Assembly (NCBI GenBank): GCA_963733675.1
Contig: CAVTET010000007.1
Span: 32,001-96,000, forward strand
DNA length: 64,000 bases
Source: an uncultured Methanosarcinaceae archaeon
GTDB lineage: Archaea > Halobacteriota > Methanosarcinia > Methanosarcinales > Methanosarcinaceae
Direction of reading: 5' to 3'
The position numbers were made by a program, and so were the translations under genes. Shown here in pieces: positions 35,027-46,778 of the stretch. Position 1 is the first letter of the stretch. Each line of letters starts with the position of its first letter. Under the pieces are notes generated by a model. The model was not told where the DNA came from and made no database searches. It worked only from the letters and a program-made list of their open reading frames with translations.

Positions 35027-35879
35027 GGCTCAGTTGCAAAAAATCCTTTCTAATGATACAATAGAATAAAAAGAAAACCAAAGATAGTAATATGCTATCT
35101 AATTCCTTTAAATGGAAGCATTATGAAGGAGAAATTATCCTATTGAATGTAAGATGGTACTTAAAATACCCATTGAGCTATAGAAATTTAAAGGAAATGA
35201 TGGTGGAAAGGGAAGTAAAAGTCGACCATACAACAATCATGAGATGGGTACATCAATATTCACCTGAAATAGAAAAGAAAATCAGAAGACATCTAAAACT
35301 AACAAACTATTCGTGGAGAGTTGATGAAACCTATATCAAAGTAAAAGGTAAATGGAAATATTTTTACCGAGCAGTTGACTCAAATGGAGAGACAATCGAT
35401 TTCATGTTAAGTGCAAAACGAAACCGAAAAGCAGCAAAGAGATTCTTTAAGAAAGCTTTGAGTTCTAATCATAACCAAATTCCACAAGTAATAACAGTTG
35501 ATAAGAATCCAGCTTATCCACCTGCTATAGGTAAACTGAAAAATGATAAAATACTACCTAAAAACGTAGATATTCGACAAATCAAGTATTTGAATAACAT
35601 TATAGAACAAGATCATAGATCTATAAAGCGAATCGTTAATCCAATGTTAGGATTTCAGTCTTTTCTATCTGCTAATAAGACTTTAAAAGGAATTGAAGCT
35701 ATGAATATGATCAAAAAAAACAAGTCAATAATCTAAATTACTCTATTCTTAATGAAATCAAATACATTAATAAATTGTGTGGTATAGTTTTATAATGTTA
35801 GTACATTTCCTTGAATATTTTGATTTTTATTTATTACTTATAGATTTACATATTTTTTTGAATTTTTTGCAACGGAACC
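35027..35879 (+). mobile_element. IS6-family insertion sequence (C-terminally frameshifted transposase)
   Basis: TIRs GGCTCAGTTGCAAA / TTTGCAACGGAACC around the transposase. Confidence 0.92.
35092..35736 (+). CDS. IS6-family DDE transposase, frameshifted in a poly-A run near the end
   Basis: WRVDETYIKVKG, YRAVD, NNIIEQDHR; shorter than the 234-aa copy. Confidence 0.9.
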   Translation: MLSNSFKWKHYEGEIILLNVRWYLKYPLSYRNLKEMMVEREVKVDHTTIMRWVHQYSPEIEKKIRRHLKLTNYSWRVDETYIKVKGKWKYFYRAVDSNGETIDFMLSAKRNRKAAKRFFKKALSSNHNQIPQVITVDKNPAYPPAIGKLKNDKILPKNVDIRQIKYLNNIIEQDHRSIKRIVNPMLGFQSFLSANKTLKGIEAMNMIKKNKSII

Positions 35880-36198
35880 TGATAATCCGTTTATTGTAAG
35901 ATAATAAGTCGGACAGAACCTTGTTCTTCTTTAAATCTTACAAGAAAAAATGGCCCTCCACTTTAACTAAAAATTAATATAGTTAAACGGATAGAATAAG
36001 AGCAAAAATATAAATCTTAAATAGAAATTCTTATTCGCTAAAGCTACCAGGCCGATCTAAGATGTGAAAAAGTTGATCTTGTGAGCTGCAGATGAAGAAA
36101 AGCAAATGTCTGCAGCTCGATAGTAGGTATGGTTGCATGAAAGTACTGACACAGTTGAATTTATTAAATAAATATTAAATGTAATACAGTGATTATCA

Positions 36199-37317
36199 AT
36201 GAAACTGAAAACCACACTAATAATTTTACTAATATTATTAACTGTCACCCTAGCAAGCGCGGAAAATAATTTGAAACAAAGCAGACATCCAGATCAAAAT
36301 TTGAGTGTCAGTCCTGTAAAGAACGATGTGCACAATTTAACACTATCAGAGGCGCATTCATACAATCGAAACAATGCTAATTCTCATCAGTGGTGGTTTC
36401 CGCCTGGTCTAGTGCCAAATCCAAATGCAACAGATCCAACATTTGCTCAAGTGGTAAACTTCATTAAAGCGGACCCAACAGATAAAAAATTATACGTATC
36501 TGGCGTGTACGAGTGTGATTCCATGGCAAGAGATGTTTACAATAATGCGTCGAAGGCAGGAATAAGAGTTGGATTAGTAGATATTTGGTTACAAGGTGAA
36601 GATGATCAATATGATACTTGCTACAACACAATTGATAAAGGTCTTGTATTTATCGATTGTACAGGTGATCCTACTTCAGGATGTTCAGGATGTGGAGACT
36701 GTGACTGTATAGTAAATGTTACAAAAGGTATAATCTATCACCCACACTCATTGTACTCCCCATATTGTAGAGACTATACACAGGGTCAAATACTCGATTA
36801 CAAAATTGAATGGTCATCGGTAAATTCTACTGGCACAGTACCTGTAGCACAATTTACAGCCAATAAAACCACTGGTAACGCTCCATTAACCGTAAAATTT
36901 ACTGATACAAGTACGGGATCACCAACGTCATGGCACTGGTCATTTGGGGATGGACAGTCTGCTACCACACAGAATCCAGCGCACACTTACTCTAACGCAG
37001 GAAATTATAGTGTTGTAATGGTAGCAAGTAATAGCTATGGTCAATCACAACAAAGTTCACCAAAGACAATAACTGTAACTTCTACTGGTACAATACCAGT
37101 TGCAAAATTTAGTACTGCACCACTAACTGTCAATTTCACTGATAAAAGTACAGGCTCACCAACTTCCTAGCACTGGTCCTTTGGAGATGGAACTAGTTCT
37201 ACACAAGAGAATCCAACACATACTTATTCGAATGCAGGGAACTATAACGTTGTAATGGTAGCAATAAATAACATTGGTCAAAGTGCATCAGCGCAAGATA
37301 CAGTAATTGTAACATAG
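36199..37317 (+). pseudogene. Secreted Cys-rich domain + PKD-repeat surface protein, interrupted by stops
   Basis: Signal peptide, PKD (APLTVKFTDTSTGSPTSWHWSFGDG); TAG at 37168 replaces the conserved Trp of the second PKD and the frame continues to 37317. Confidence 0.8.
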
Positions 37318-38188
37318 GCAGCTTCAACAATTACCTGAAGTAACCCTGCTGTTTATGGAACACCTTTGAATAGCACTCAGCGAAATTCAAGTGTATATGT
37401 ACTTGGACCGATTGGTTATAATAAAGTAAAAAAGAAATAACCAAATGTGAAATAAATAAAAATAACAATATTAAATTAGTCGATGACCAGGTTTTACCTG
37501 GATATCCAAAATTTTTACATTTGTTTTTAGATAGGTATTAGATCAAAACTCCATAAGTCTTTAACTCTTTAGTTTTTTTACTATTTAGAATATATGCAAA
37601 AACTATATAATTACTTAATATTGTTATATTTTATAGGTATTCCAGTACCTGGCAATAGACTTCCCGGCAGGCTGCAGGCAGCTAACACCTGCAGCTACAA
37701 GATCAATTTTTTAGACATTTCAAATTAGCCTGATCATATAAGCCAATTAAATAGAATCGAAGAAGAGAGATTGTTGGGAAATTTAAGGTGTTTTTCAGTG
37801 GTATGTTACTGTTCTTCAATTGAAAGAATGATAAGCCTACTGTTGGGGTTGATATGCAGTCATTTCTTAACTGGCGTGGAAAAGGCTTCTACATACAATG
37901 ATTCATGAGATCAGGACTACATAATGTTAATACTAAAAATACTGAATAGTTTAAGTTAGGAGAATATGTTCATAACAATATATAATCAATAAAATCTATT
38001 TATAGTAGTTTTCTATCAAAATAAAAGTATTAGTATATTAAATTGTAATTTTCTTTAAAAGAGTATAGTTGATATTTTAAATCCGGCCAAACAACCGTTT
38101 TACACATTCACTTATGCCATTTGCAAGACTTGAAGCATACTTTCGACAAACTTAGAAGCTCTAGATATTCGAAAAGCAAAAAGAAAGG

Positions 38189-38491
38189 ATGAAATACCCT
38201 ACAGATCCAGAGAAAGACCCTGATATTTTGACATGTAGGTGCATCTTTGAAATAATATTTCAGAACGTTTACAATGTCGCTGCTCCTTATATTGATGCGG
38301 TTTCTTGGAATGATAAAGAGCACAGACGAAACCACGACAAATTTTTAGACTTACTTGCAGGGATCACAGTTTATAATTTAAGGCAGCGAGATACCATCAA
38401 TGGTATGTTAGTTTCTATCCATGACGATTATGATCGAGCTATAAAAATATATGACGGAACAGCAAAAAGTAATGTCGATAATTATTATTAA
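38189..38491 (+). pseudogene. Fragment resembling the C-terminal part of an MGE primase/helicase-type protein
   Basis: RRNHDKFLDLL..ITVYNLRQR....LVS..DDYDRA pattern; no N-terminal part. Confidence 0.4.
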
Positions 38492-38621
38492 CAAATCTTA
38501 TGCTTTTTCGTTTTCCTGATGCATAATTTTTGTATCTAAAATCACTGGATTTCATAATTTTGATGACTCAAAAAAAATATCAATCGAGTGGTTTTGAGTA
38601 TCTTTTTATTTACATATGTTT

Positions 38622-39014
38622 TTAATAATATGTAACTTCAAGTCCTGGCACTTTTTTGAAATGGTTATCTCTGGTAACTATTTTTTCATTGTGACATAGT
38701 GTTATGGCAGCTATGAGCTCGTCGAATGCTCCAATGGATTTTCCATTTGAGAGCAAATTTGCAGAAAGGGATGCAAATACTTCATAAACTGATTCTTCAA
38801 GCTCCAGAATCTGAAAACATTCTAGAATTTTCTTGATTTTTTCAAGATTTTGATGTGTTTTCATAGAGAGATAGGCACCTCTGTACAACTCAAGGACATT
38901 GACTTCGGTGGTGCTGAAGGGGATGTATTCTGTTTCCATTTCAGCTAATTTTTTAAGCGCACTTTCGTTTTCTCTTAAGAGATCAACAATAAAAGAACTA
39001 TCAAGCACCGGCAT
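38622..39014 (-). CDS. vapC: PIN-domain toxin
   Basis: [10 protein letters not shown](L)YRG, FDELIAA, TRDNHF. Confidence 0.92.
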   Translation of the reverse strand: MPVLDSSFIVDLLRENESALKKLAEMETEYIPFSTTEVNVLELYRGAYLSMKTHQNLEKIKKILECFQILELEESVYEVFASLSANLLSNGKSIGAFDELIAAITLCHNEKIVTRDNHFKKVPGLEVTYY

Positions 39015-39240
39015 CAAGATCAACTTCCCTCATATTTGCCTCTCTCATATCCATAGAAGCTTTTTCGATTGCATTTGCTAGTTCAGGGTTGGATCCTATT
39101 TTTGCGAGTACTTCCGAGAGCTTTCTTTTCTTGGGGTAGTACTTAAGGATAACATCGGAGAAACTTTCTTTTTCTGAAGCTTTTAAACATTTGAGCTTTT
39201 CATATGCTTCTTCACTTATGCTAATTGTTTTAGTTGCCAT
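39001..39240 (-). CDS. vapB: VapB antitoxin
   Basis: [16 protein letters not shown]...ESFSDVI; overlaps vapC. Confidence 0.9.
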   Translation of the reverse strand: MATKTISISEEAYEKLKCLKASEKESFSDVILKYYPKKRKLSEVLAKIGSNPELANAIEKASMDMREANMREVDLDAGA

Positions 39241-39527
39241 GATATTTTCTGTGTATGTATGTGTATTTAATAGTTTCCTTAAATGATGAAACATTGAAAA
39301 TAAAATTTCGAAACATTATAACTGTAGGAATAAAAATTACAAGGGGTGACCACACTTAATGCACTGTGAAGCAAATTCCGGTTTTGTATCCAATAACATT
39401 TCATGATAGTGTACTAAAAGTTCTGTAAATTCTAATTGGCTCAATATCCATTTTTCATTCACTGCAGAAAAGCAGGGTGCTGAGCCAGTGATAATATTAA
39501 CAAATTTATTTCCCGATTGTTTCATTT

Positions 39528-39558
39528 ATGCATAGGTTTTGCTATAAAACCTATGCAT
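39528..39558. other. Perfect 31-bp palindromic recombination-like site
   Basis: ATGCATAGGTTT-TGCTATA-AAACCTATGCAT. Confidence 0.7.
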
Positions 39559-39750
39559 CTGTGAAAGCAATACAGGAGCTTTATCAATAACATAATTGAC
39601 TAGGTATCCTTCTTTTGAAACAAAAAATCGAGTTATCATTTTTTCCAGAACTTTGAGTACACTGATTTCTTGTACTTTAATACTTGAAATGTAGGATGAT
39701 ATAAAAAAAGAAATAATAATTTCCTGCATATACACTAAAAAGGTGTAGAA

Positions 39751-39909
39751 ATGAAAGCTGGAGTTTTAGTTTCTCATATTTTGTTATTAACCGTAACACT
39801 TTATTTACTTTTCACAATAGTTCCGGCAGCTGAATACAAAGTAGTTAATATAGAAGTTAATGCAGAAGATAACGAAGGAAATGCTAAAATAGGATTTAAT
39901 ATAGCTTGA
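39751..39909 (+). CDS. 52-aa small membrane/secreted peptide
   Basis: AGGTG RBS, hydrophobic N-terminus, followed by a GGGG/CCCC hairpin and T-tract at about 39927-39957. Confidence 0.4.
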   Translation: MKAGVLVSHILLLTVTLYLLFTIVPAAEYKVVNIEVNAEDNEGNAKIGFNIA

Positions 39910-40153
39910 AATGAGCTAAATAATTAAAAGGGGGTTATTACAGTTCCCCTTTTTTTGCCTACATTACTTTATGCACTTGTGGGATTTGGTAAGTTCCATT
40001 TAATACCTTGGACCTGGTGGATACATTTTAGATTTCACATAAAAATTTTCATTTGGTGTGGATAGCCAATTTGATTCTTTTCCTGAAGGTTCATCGTGTT
40101 GGATGTAATGTCCAGGGAATTATCTGGGTTTATCATGTGGCACATTTTTATAT

Positions 40154-40432
40154 TCAGATTACATAGCTGCCGCATCCACCGTATCCGATGCCGTAACCGC
40201 AGCTGCCATACCAGGGATATCCAAAGCCATAGCCCCAGCCGCCATACCAGGGGTATCCAAAACCATAGCCACCCCAGCCACCGCCCCAGCCGCCGTGGCC
40301 CCAATGGCCGCCATGACCGCCGTGACCGCCACCGTGTGCACTAGCTGCAACTGCTGACAAAGACGTTATAAATAAAACTGCCAGTAAAATGGCAAGTACT
40401 TTTTTCATTTTATCAGATGATTGTTTCAACAT
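40154..40432 (-). CDS. Secreted Gly/His/Trp/Tyr-rich peptide (signal family)
   Basis: GGAGTGG RBS; signal ending AASA; tandem GYGFGYPWYG. Confidence 0.8.
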   Translation of the reverse strand: MLKQSSDKMKKVLAILLAVLFITSLSAVAASAHGGGHGGHGGHWGHGGWGGGWGGYGFGYPWYGGWGYGFGYPWYGSCGYGIGYGGCGSYVI

Positions 40433-41035
40433 TTATTCCACTCCTTTTATTATATTTACATTATAATATTTTGAGCCTTATCTTTGAATCATTGCTCTAT
40501 CGATTAATAGTGAAACCAAACTTAACTGGCCTGCTAGTAAAAAGATAAGTATCTTTGTTACTGAGCAGCAATCATTAATAATGGCTTAATTATATATTAA
40601 GATTATTAGATTAATAAAAAAATAAATATAAGGGAGTTCACGAATGAATCCACACGTTTAAAAAGCGCATTTCTGCATTAAAATGAAGAAAAATAAAACG
40701 TCAAATACCCTTCAATAAAATTCAAAAATGTAATTAACAACAGAATTTCTATAATAACCAGCCAGTACTACCCTAACTGTGACTGTGTGCTGAACCCTTA
40801 CACTAACCAATGGATTGAAATGCTAATCAGTATGTATAGGCACCTATTAATAGATTCAAGTTTTAAGACCAACTCCATTTTCAAGACAATGTTTCTAAAC
40901 ATCTATAAATTCCAATTGGCTCTGTATCACTTTACTTCATCAAAAAATAGAATCCAGAGCTTTGTGTCTGAATGAAGACGAACAGGCGATATTATGGGGT
41001 TTATCAAGTGGAGATGAATTAACGTCTAAACAGCT

Positions 41036-41184
41036 GGTTCTGTTGCAAAAAATCTGGCTATTTTACAAAACCAGTAAAAAACATCACAAATAGGATATTT
41101 ACACGCCATAAACAGGTCAATAATGATACAAAAAGCAATAGTTATAGCCTACAAAGGCAATAAAATTATTTTTGCAACAGAACC
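41036..41184 (+). mobile_element. 149-bp IS6-type MITE (copy 3)
   Basis: Near-identical to 33438-33586. Confidence 0.9.
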
Positions 41185-41496
41185 ATGTTTCTTATTGTTT
41201 TAGGGATCTTTGAAATTTGATGCTAAACTCATCCCTAAAAGTACTATAGAGTAACCTTAGATCAAATTCTTGATTTTAAACGCCTGATAAGAGTTATTAT
41301 CCACACCACTTGATTGAAGCAAAAATTATTCAATATATAGTAGCGACTTTGTATCTGAAAAATATTGGTGATCACAAGATAACAACAAGCTGAAATGGCT
41401 GGAATTTGATTGTTAATGACTTGAAGTATGAACATGATGCAAATATATTTAACAGTTCACTAGGTCCTCAAACTATAGAAATTGTCGAAGGTGGTG

Positions 41497-42992
41497 ATAT
41501 TGAAATAAAAATAGTATATTTAGTAAAAGGACATATAACCCATGCTAAATTGTAATACAATGGAGCTTGAATTACAGGGATGAATGTTGCAAAAATTAAC
41601 TATTATGGAAATCAAAGTGCATTATGAATTAAAAAGATTGATACTGCTGATGCTGCACATATCAACAGTATCTAATTGACTGTATGAGGATTTGTTTGTC
41701 TGTTCGACAAAACAATATTTGTTCTAGCACACTATAAACTTTTTTATTTAGTTTTTTGAAATCTGGTTCTTTTCTATACAACCCACAAAACATATTTGCT
41801 CAGTATTCCATAACATTTTTTGGTTCTTTGATTCGTCTATTTTGGATAATACCCCACGTACCCTTTATGGATTAAATTTTGAAAATATGAAATCATAAGA
41901 GACTGAATCAAATATTGACTTTGCAACAAACAAAAAAATGTTCTGTTTACATGTTATCTAAACTCCTACATAATGATTTTTCCAATATAGGTCACATACT
42001 TAGTCTAATTGACCGGATTTTTTCATTAATTCACGTGTATGCTTAACAAGAAAATCTGATGTCTTTGAATTTGGATCTGCTACAATAGCTATATTATAAA
42101 ACTTCAGTGAAGTATTGTAATCTCCAGCTTGCTCAGCTAACATTCCATCATGAATAATTAATCTTTGAAAGTTTTGTCCAGTTGGTTTCATTTTTGCTGC
42201 TTCGTTGTAAGATTTAATTGCAGAATTAATATCTTCTGCCTGAATGGAAAACTGTCCGTCCTGAAGTAACCGCTCAAATTTGCTTTGATCGAAATTGATA
42301 TTTTTATGATTATCGTTGTTATTATTCCAAGGCCAAGCGTTGACTGCGGAACCACTGTTTACTAGCATCAGTAGTGCTACTATTCCAATCACAATTATTT
42401 TTTTATTCATATAAAAAAATCTCCCTTATGAAACTGATTGATCACATTTTGGATCTAAAGGCAAATGTGATAATATAATGGACTTCAATATGATGAAGAT
42501 TCAGCAACTTTTGATGCTTCGATGGGTAATCAAGATGTGGATGTTTTTAAAAGAGATGAACTCAAATCAAAAATAGTATTTCTATTAAACGGCCATCCAA
42601 TCCGTGCTCAATTGCAATACAAAAGAGCCTGGGGGATGGGTCTGAGCATCGCAAAAGTTAACTATTATGGGAATAAAAGTTCATTATGAATTGGAGAGAT
42701 TGATACTGTTGATGCTGCACATATCAACAGTATCTAATTTACTTTAAAATGTTTATTAATCTGTTCTGCAAAAACAATATTTGTTTTAAACATTATAAAC
42801 TTTTTCATTTAGTTTTTTGAACTCTCAATTTTGTTCTATACAACCCACAAAACACATTTGCTCAACATTAAACAGCATATTTTGGGTTATTCAGTTCGTC
42901 TGTTTTTGATATCATATGGATCATTTGTGGATAAAATCCTGGGATATATAGTCAGAAGAGACTAAATCACGTATTGACTCTGCAATAAACAA
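41497..42992 (+). repeat. Two diverged ~440 bp direct repeats (41497-41933, 42555-42992) flanking one gene
   Basis: Shared GATACTG.TGATGCTGCACATATCAACAGTATC and CTATACAACCCACAAAACA blocks; partial third copy at about 47880-47980. Confidence 0.8.
42000..42410 (-). CDS. Secreted TPR-like protein
   Basis: Signal peptide, helical TPR-like pairs, GGGAG RBS. Confidence 0.7.
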   Translation of the reverse strand: MNKKIIVIGIVALLMLVNSGSAVNAWPWNNNNDNHKNINFDQSKFERLLQDGQFSIQAEDINSAIKSYNEAAKMKPTGQNFQRLIIHDGMLAEQAGDYNTSLKFYNIAIVADPNSKTSDFLVKHTRELMKKSGQLD

Positions 42993-43287
42993 CATAGAAT
43001 ATCATGTATTTATATAAAAGCTAAATTTTATTGGATTATATGAACAAAATTGTACTCAAAATGTAGAATATCCCCAGCAGTTGTAAATAACGAACAAAAA
43101 AAAGATGAAAAAAATATTTTCTTACTATCACCTGGAAAAAGTCTGTCTTCTGGTGAAATTCAGGAAAAAATGTGCCAATAGATAGCGAAAAATAGAATAC
43201 AAGCGGATTGTCTTTTGGTGTCTTCTGACGCAATTGTAAACACTGATGAACAAAAATCTGATGATAATCCCGGTTTAGCTTCGTTAC

Positions 43288-43737
43288 TTAGAAAAGCATT
43301 AAACAGACTTGCGCATCTCCTACAGCGGGCTGGACAGCCGTAGGGACTTCGCCTATTACTGGTACTGCAGGTTGGACTTCTATTGGTACGGGTATATAGG
43401 TCCAGTCCCACACTAGAGTAGCAGGATTATATATCCATTCATAATCTGGATAGTAAATTCCATTGTAGTAGTGGTGGTGGTGATGTTCGTGGTCATGCCA
43501 TCTATGGAAGTCACGGTCATGCCTGTCGTGGTCATGCCTGTCGTGGTCATGCCTGTCGTAGAAGTTGTTTTTCCCAGGTTGCTGTCCACTTGGGTGATAT
43601 CCTCCTTGGTTTCCACTTGGGTGGTGTTGTATATCGTATGCGGCGCTTACTGCAGTAGCTGTCATTGAAATTATTACAAAAAACACTACCAAAAGAGCGA
43701 GTTTATCTTTTATCCTATTAAATACTTTTTTTCGCAT
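43288..43737 (-). CDS. Secreted His/Asp-rich protein (related signal family)
   Basis: Signal ending AVSA; (DRHDH)x3 from a 15-bp repeat; His-run; YEWIYNPATLVWDWTY. Confidence 0.7.
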   Translation of the reverse strand: MRKKVFNRIKDKLALLVVFFVIISMTATAVSAAYDIQHHPSGNQGGYHPSGQQPGKNNFYDRHDHDRHDHDRHDRDFHRWHDHEHHHHHYYNGIYYPDYEWIYNPATLVWDWTYIPVPIEVQPAVPVIGEVPTAVQPAVGDAQVCLMLF

Positions 43738-43896
43738 CTAATTTTGCATTTACTAGGCATGTAATCGATAGAAACTTGGATATTCCTATATATAATGGAA
43801 TGATCCAGTTAGTAAAAACATAGGTAGAAAACAAGAACTTTCAGGTGGGATTTTAACGAAAAAAAATGCTATAAGGCGATATATATAAAATATAAT

Positions 43897-44139
43897 TTAC
43901 ATCACTTCAAACCTAGTCAATGACTTTTCAGCAATAGCTACATATTCTGCAAATGATTCTGATTCCGGAATCGGTAAATTATCATCCAACAATCTCTGAA
44001 CGTGCATTTCGATAGCTTCATAGATATTCTTCTCCGCTTCGGCCCTGGTTGAGCCAGTAGCTATACAACCTGGCAAGTCAGGAGAATATGCTGAATAGTT
44101 ATTGCTTGCTTTTTCTATTACAACAAGGAACCGGTACAT
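43897..44139 (-). CDS. hicB: HicB antitoxin
   Basis: YSAYSPDLPGCIATGST..EA...I.EAI. Confidence 0.9.
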   Translation of the reverse strand: MYRFLVVIEKASNNYSAYSPDLPGCIATGSTRAEAEKNIYEAIEMHVQRLLDDNLPIPESESFAEYVAIAEKSLTRFEVM

Positions 44140-44141
44140 TT

Positions 44142-44336
44142 TTAACCCTCCATTTTCAATCGCGCTTGCTTTACTATGCTATTTAACGTACCCGGAGCAA
44201 GGTCATCTCCGCTATGACCCGCAATCGTTACTCGGCCTGATTTAATCGGGTGTTTATATTGCCGTCGGCTTCCTTTTGTGGCAACCAGATGCCAACCATC
44301 GGCTTCAAGTAGCTTGATAACCTCACGCACTTTCAT
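44142..44336 (-). CDS. hicA: HicA toxin (GSH motif altered to GSR)
   Basis: MKVREVIKLLEADGW...KGSRRQYKHP...VTIAGH...LAPGTLNSI. Confidence 0.88.
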   Translation of the reverse strand: MKVREVIKLLEADGWHLVATKGSRRQYKHPIKSGRVTIAGHSGDDLAPGTLNSIVKQARLKMEG

Positions 44337-44669
44337 TTTAATCTGTCTAATTCTATGCCATTTGAATTTTATATAGATTCTGGAAGTCGGATGATTAAAG
44401 TTTAAGGGTTCCTTATGTTGACTGACCAAAAGCCTATCCGAAAGATAAATAATTGTTATATCTAGGTAAGTTGGCTAATCATAAGAAGTAAAACCATACA
44501 CAACTAAGAGATCCCTGAGAAACTCTGAATGAAGGAATACTTAGAAAAAAATGATTGAAAAATAATGAAGGGGATACTATATCTCCTGCAACATGACCGT
44601 TAATAGAAAAGCCATCCAAGATTTTATGGAACTTCATAGATGGAGCATTAAATCTCTGGCTTAATCTAA

Positions 44670-45260
44670 TTAACTCCTTGTCGCTAACATCAGATAAGCT
44701 TTAATGCTGCTTGGCCCAACTCCAGAATCTAAAGCCGAGTCTTGTATATATATAATATTAAAAAGTGGCGTGAAAGTACGTTCTATCTCAGCTTTTGAAA
44801 TCCGCCTGGGCCCGTAGTCACCGGGCTCTTTATCGGAGAAACTCAGCATGAAATATTTGCCGTCTGGTTTTAGCACTCTATGTATCTACCTTGCAAAAAC
44901 TGGCCTTTCCTCATCCATCATCACATGAAACAAACCCGAATCAATAACGATATCGAATTCAGCCTCTGTGAAAAGTTGGTCCATCTGTAACACATTTCCA
45001 ACTACAAAATTTACCTTAACATGGTGCTTTATAGCTTTTGCATCTGTGATAGCATCTTCAACAATGTCTATACCTGTAACATTACATCCATTTATGGCTA
45101 ACATTATTGCACTATCATCCCGGCCACATCCAATATCCAGAGCTCTACCATGCGTAATTTCTCCATCCTTTATAAGAGCTTCGAAAACTGACTGGGGGTG
45201 ACCGATATCCCAGGTGGTGTACCCTTGTATGCTTCATTTCAGTCCAAGCTAATCTTCTCA
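44670..45260 (-). pseudogene. Class I SAM-dependent methyltransferase, disrupted
   Basis: PWDIG.PQ, ALDIGCG, DIVIDSGLFH, LKPDGKY across frames with stop and frameshift. Confidence 0.8.
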
Positions 45261-45502
45261 CGACCAAAAATTCAGTTACTATTTTGATTAAAGATAAATA
45301 TTTTAATAATTGATTATTGTATGCTTTTAGTTTTTTCTGAATAAAATTATTTGGTTAACTATAGCACAGTTTTCTTCAGATAAAATATTTTATATCATTT
45401 TCTGTGTTTTTAATTCGTTGCAGAACAGTATACTGAAAGTTCCATGAAAACTACTGCTTTTCACTTTTCCCCATTATAAAATGAGATTTCGCGGTTACGT
45501 AG

Positions 45503-45533
45503 ATACATATATTTTGCTATAAAATCTGTGTAT
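45503..45533. other. 31-bp palindromic recombination-like site
   Basis: ATACATATATTT-TGCTATA-AAATCTGTGTAT. Confidence 0.55.
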
Positions 45534-45678
45534 AATTAACACAATACAATACTATTTTTGTTTTGGAGAAAAATAGATACAAGATCCTTTGGAATTTACA
45601 GAACTTTTGTACACTGCCAACAAACTATAAAGTTATTGAAGAATATACAATTCAATCACTGAAATAGGTGTTGCAAGA

Positions 45679-46407
45679 ATGAATAAGCTGATAGTTTTGA
45701 CGATCGAGCAGATTCACAATGATAATATAAAAGTATACCATCCTGTCATTTTAAAAAGTGATACCGAAATGGTCTTGGTAGACTGTGGTACACCAGGTTC
45801 TGTGTCTAAAATCAAAGAAAATGCTCTGACACAAGGTGTGAATATAGACAATCTAACAAAAGTAGTTCTCACACACCAGGATTTAGACCACGTCGGTTCT
45901 TTAGCAGAATTGAAGCGTAAATATCATGGTATACAGGTTCTTGCTGATATTAAAGAAAGACCATATATTAATGGCGAAAAAGAATTTGTAAAATTACAAA
46001 AACAACGTGAAACATATGATAGTCTCCCTGAAAGCCAAAAAGAAATAATAAGGGTTCTACAACAATCATATAGTAGCTACGAACCTGTTGATATCGATGG
46101 AATTCTTCATGATCATGATATCTTTTCATGGTGTGGTGATGTTGAAATTGTTTCAACTCCAGGGCATACAGGTGGTCATATCTGCTTGTATTTATATGAG
46201 TTCAAAACATTGATTGCGGGAGATGCTTTGTTTATTCAAGATGATGAACTTGTGATCTCGCTGCCAATGTATACTCTAGATTTTGAGCAAGCAAAACAAT
46301 CTATAAGAAAACTTATTGACTATGATATCGAAGAAATAATTTGTTACCATGGTGGTATATACAAAGGTAATATTAAAGCAGCTCTTAATAGAATATTGAT
46401 GACCTAA
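45679..46407 (+). CDS. MBL-fold metallo-hydrolase
   Basis: THQDLDHVG, TPGHTGGH, AGDA, CYHG. Confidence 0.9.
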   Translation: MNKLIVLTIEQIHNDNIKVYHPVILKSDTEMVLVDCGTPGSVSKIKENALTQGVNIDNLTKVVLTHQDLDHVGSLAELKRKYHGIQVLADIKERPYINGEKEFVKLQKQRETYDSLPESQKEIIRVLQQSYSSYEPVDIDGILHDHDIFSWCGDVEIVSTPGHTGGHICLYLYEFKTLIAGDALFIQDDELVISLPMYTLDFEQAKQSIRKLIDYDIEEIICYHGGIYKGNIKAALNRILMT

Positions 46408-46550
46408 AAATTGTTAAAAAAGTAATGTCAAAAGTATGATATATATGTATACATATATATATTTAAAGCTGGTGAAATATTAAAAAATATTTGATTCAGC
46501 CTTAAAATATCAATTTAAAAAAATATAATAACTTAAAGGAGACATATCAC

Positions 46551-46778
46551 ATGCACGATTTAGCAGGAAAAGGCCCAATAATACAGACTTTGATGACTCA
46601 GACCTGGGAAATTCTTACTGAAGAACAGAAAAAGAAAGTTACATTAATGAGAATGGAAAAAATAATCAAAATTTTAGAAATGAAAATATCTGGTATGGAA
46701 AAAATGATCGAAATTAAAAAAGAGGCTATAGCTGATGTTCGAAAAGTTCAGGAAATGATCAAAGGAGGTAAATGCTAA
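46551..46778 (+). CDS. Small coiled-coil hypothetical protein
   Basis: AAGGGAG RBS, 75 aa helical. Confidence 0.7.
   Translation: MHDLAGKGPIIQTLMTQTWEILTEEQKKKVTLMRMEKIIKILEMKISGMEKMIEIKKEAIADVRKVQEMIKGGKC

Noticed and set aside
37168-37340. In-frame TAG in the PKD gene as programmed pyrrolysine readthrough
   Set aside because: The TAG replaces a conserved Trp (TGG) and is followed by another TAG, a TGA and deletions, which indicates ordinary decay.
43413-43668. Thr-rich and Val-rich ORFs overlapping the His-rich gene
   Set aside because: Alternative frames of the same 15-bp repeat; only the 149-aa frame has a signal peptide.
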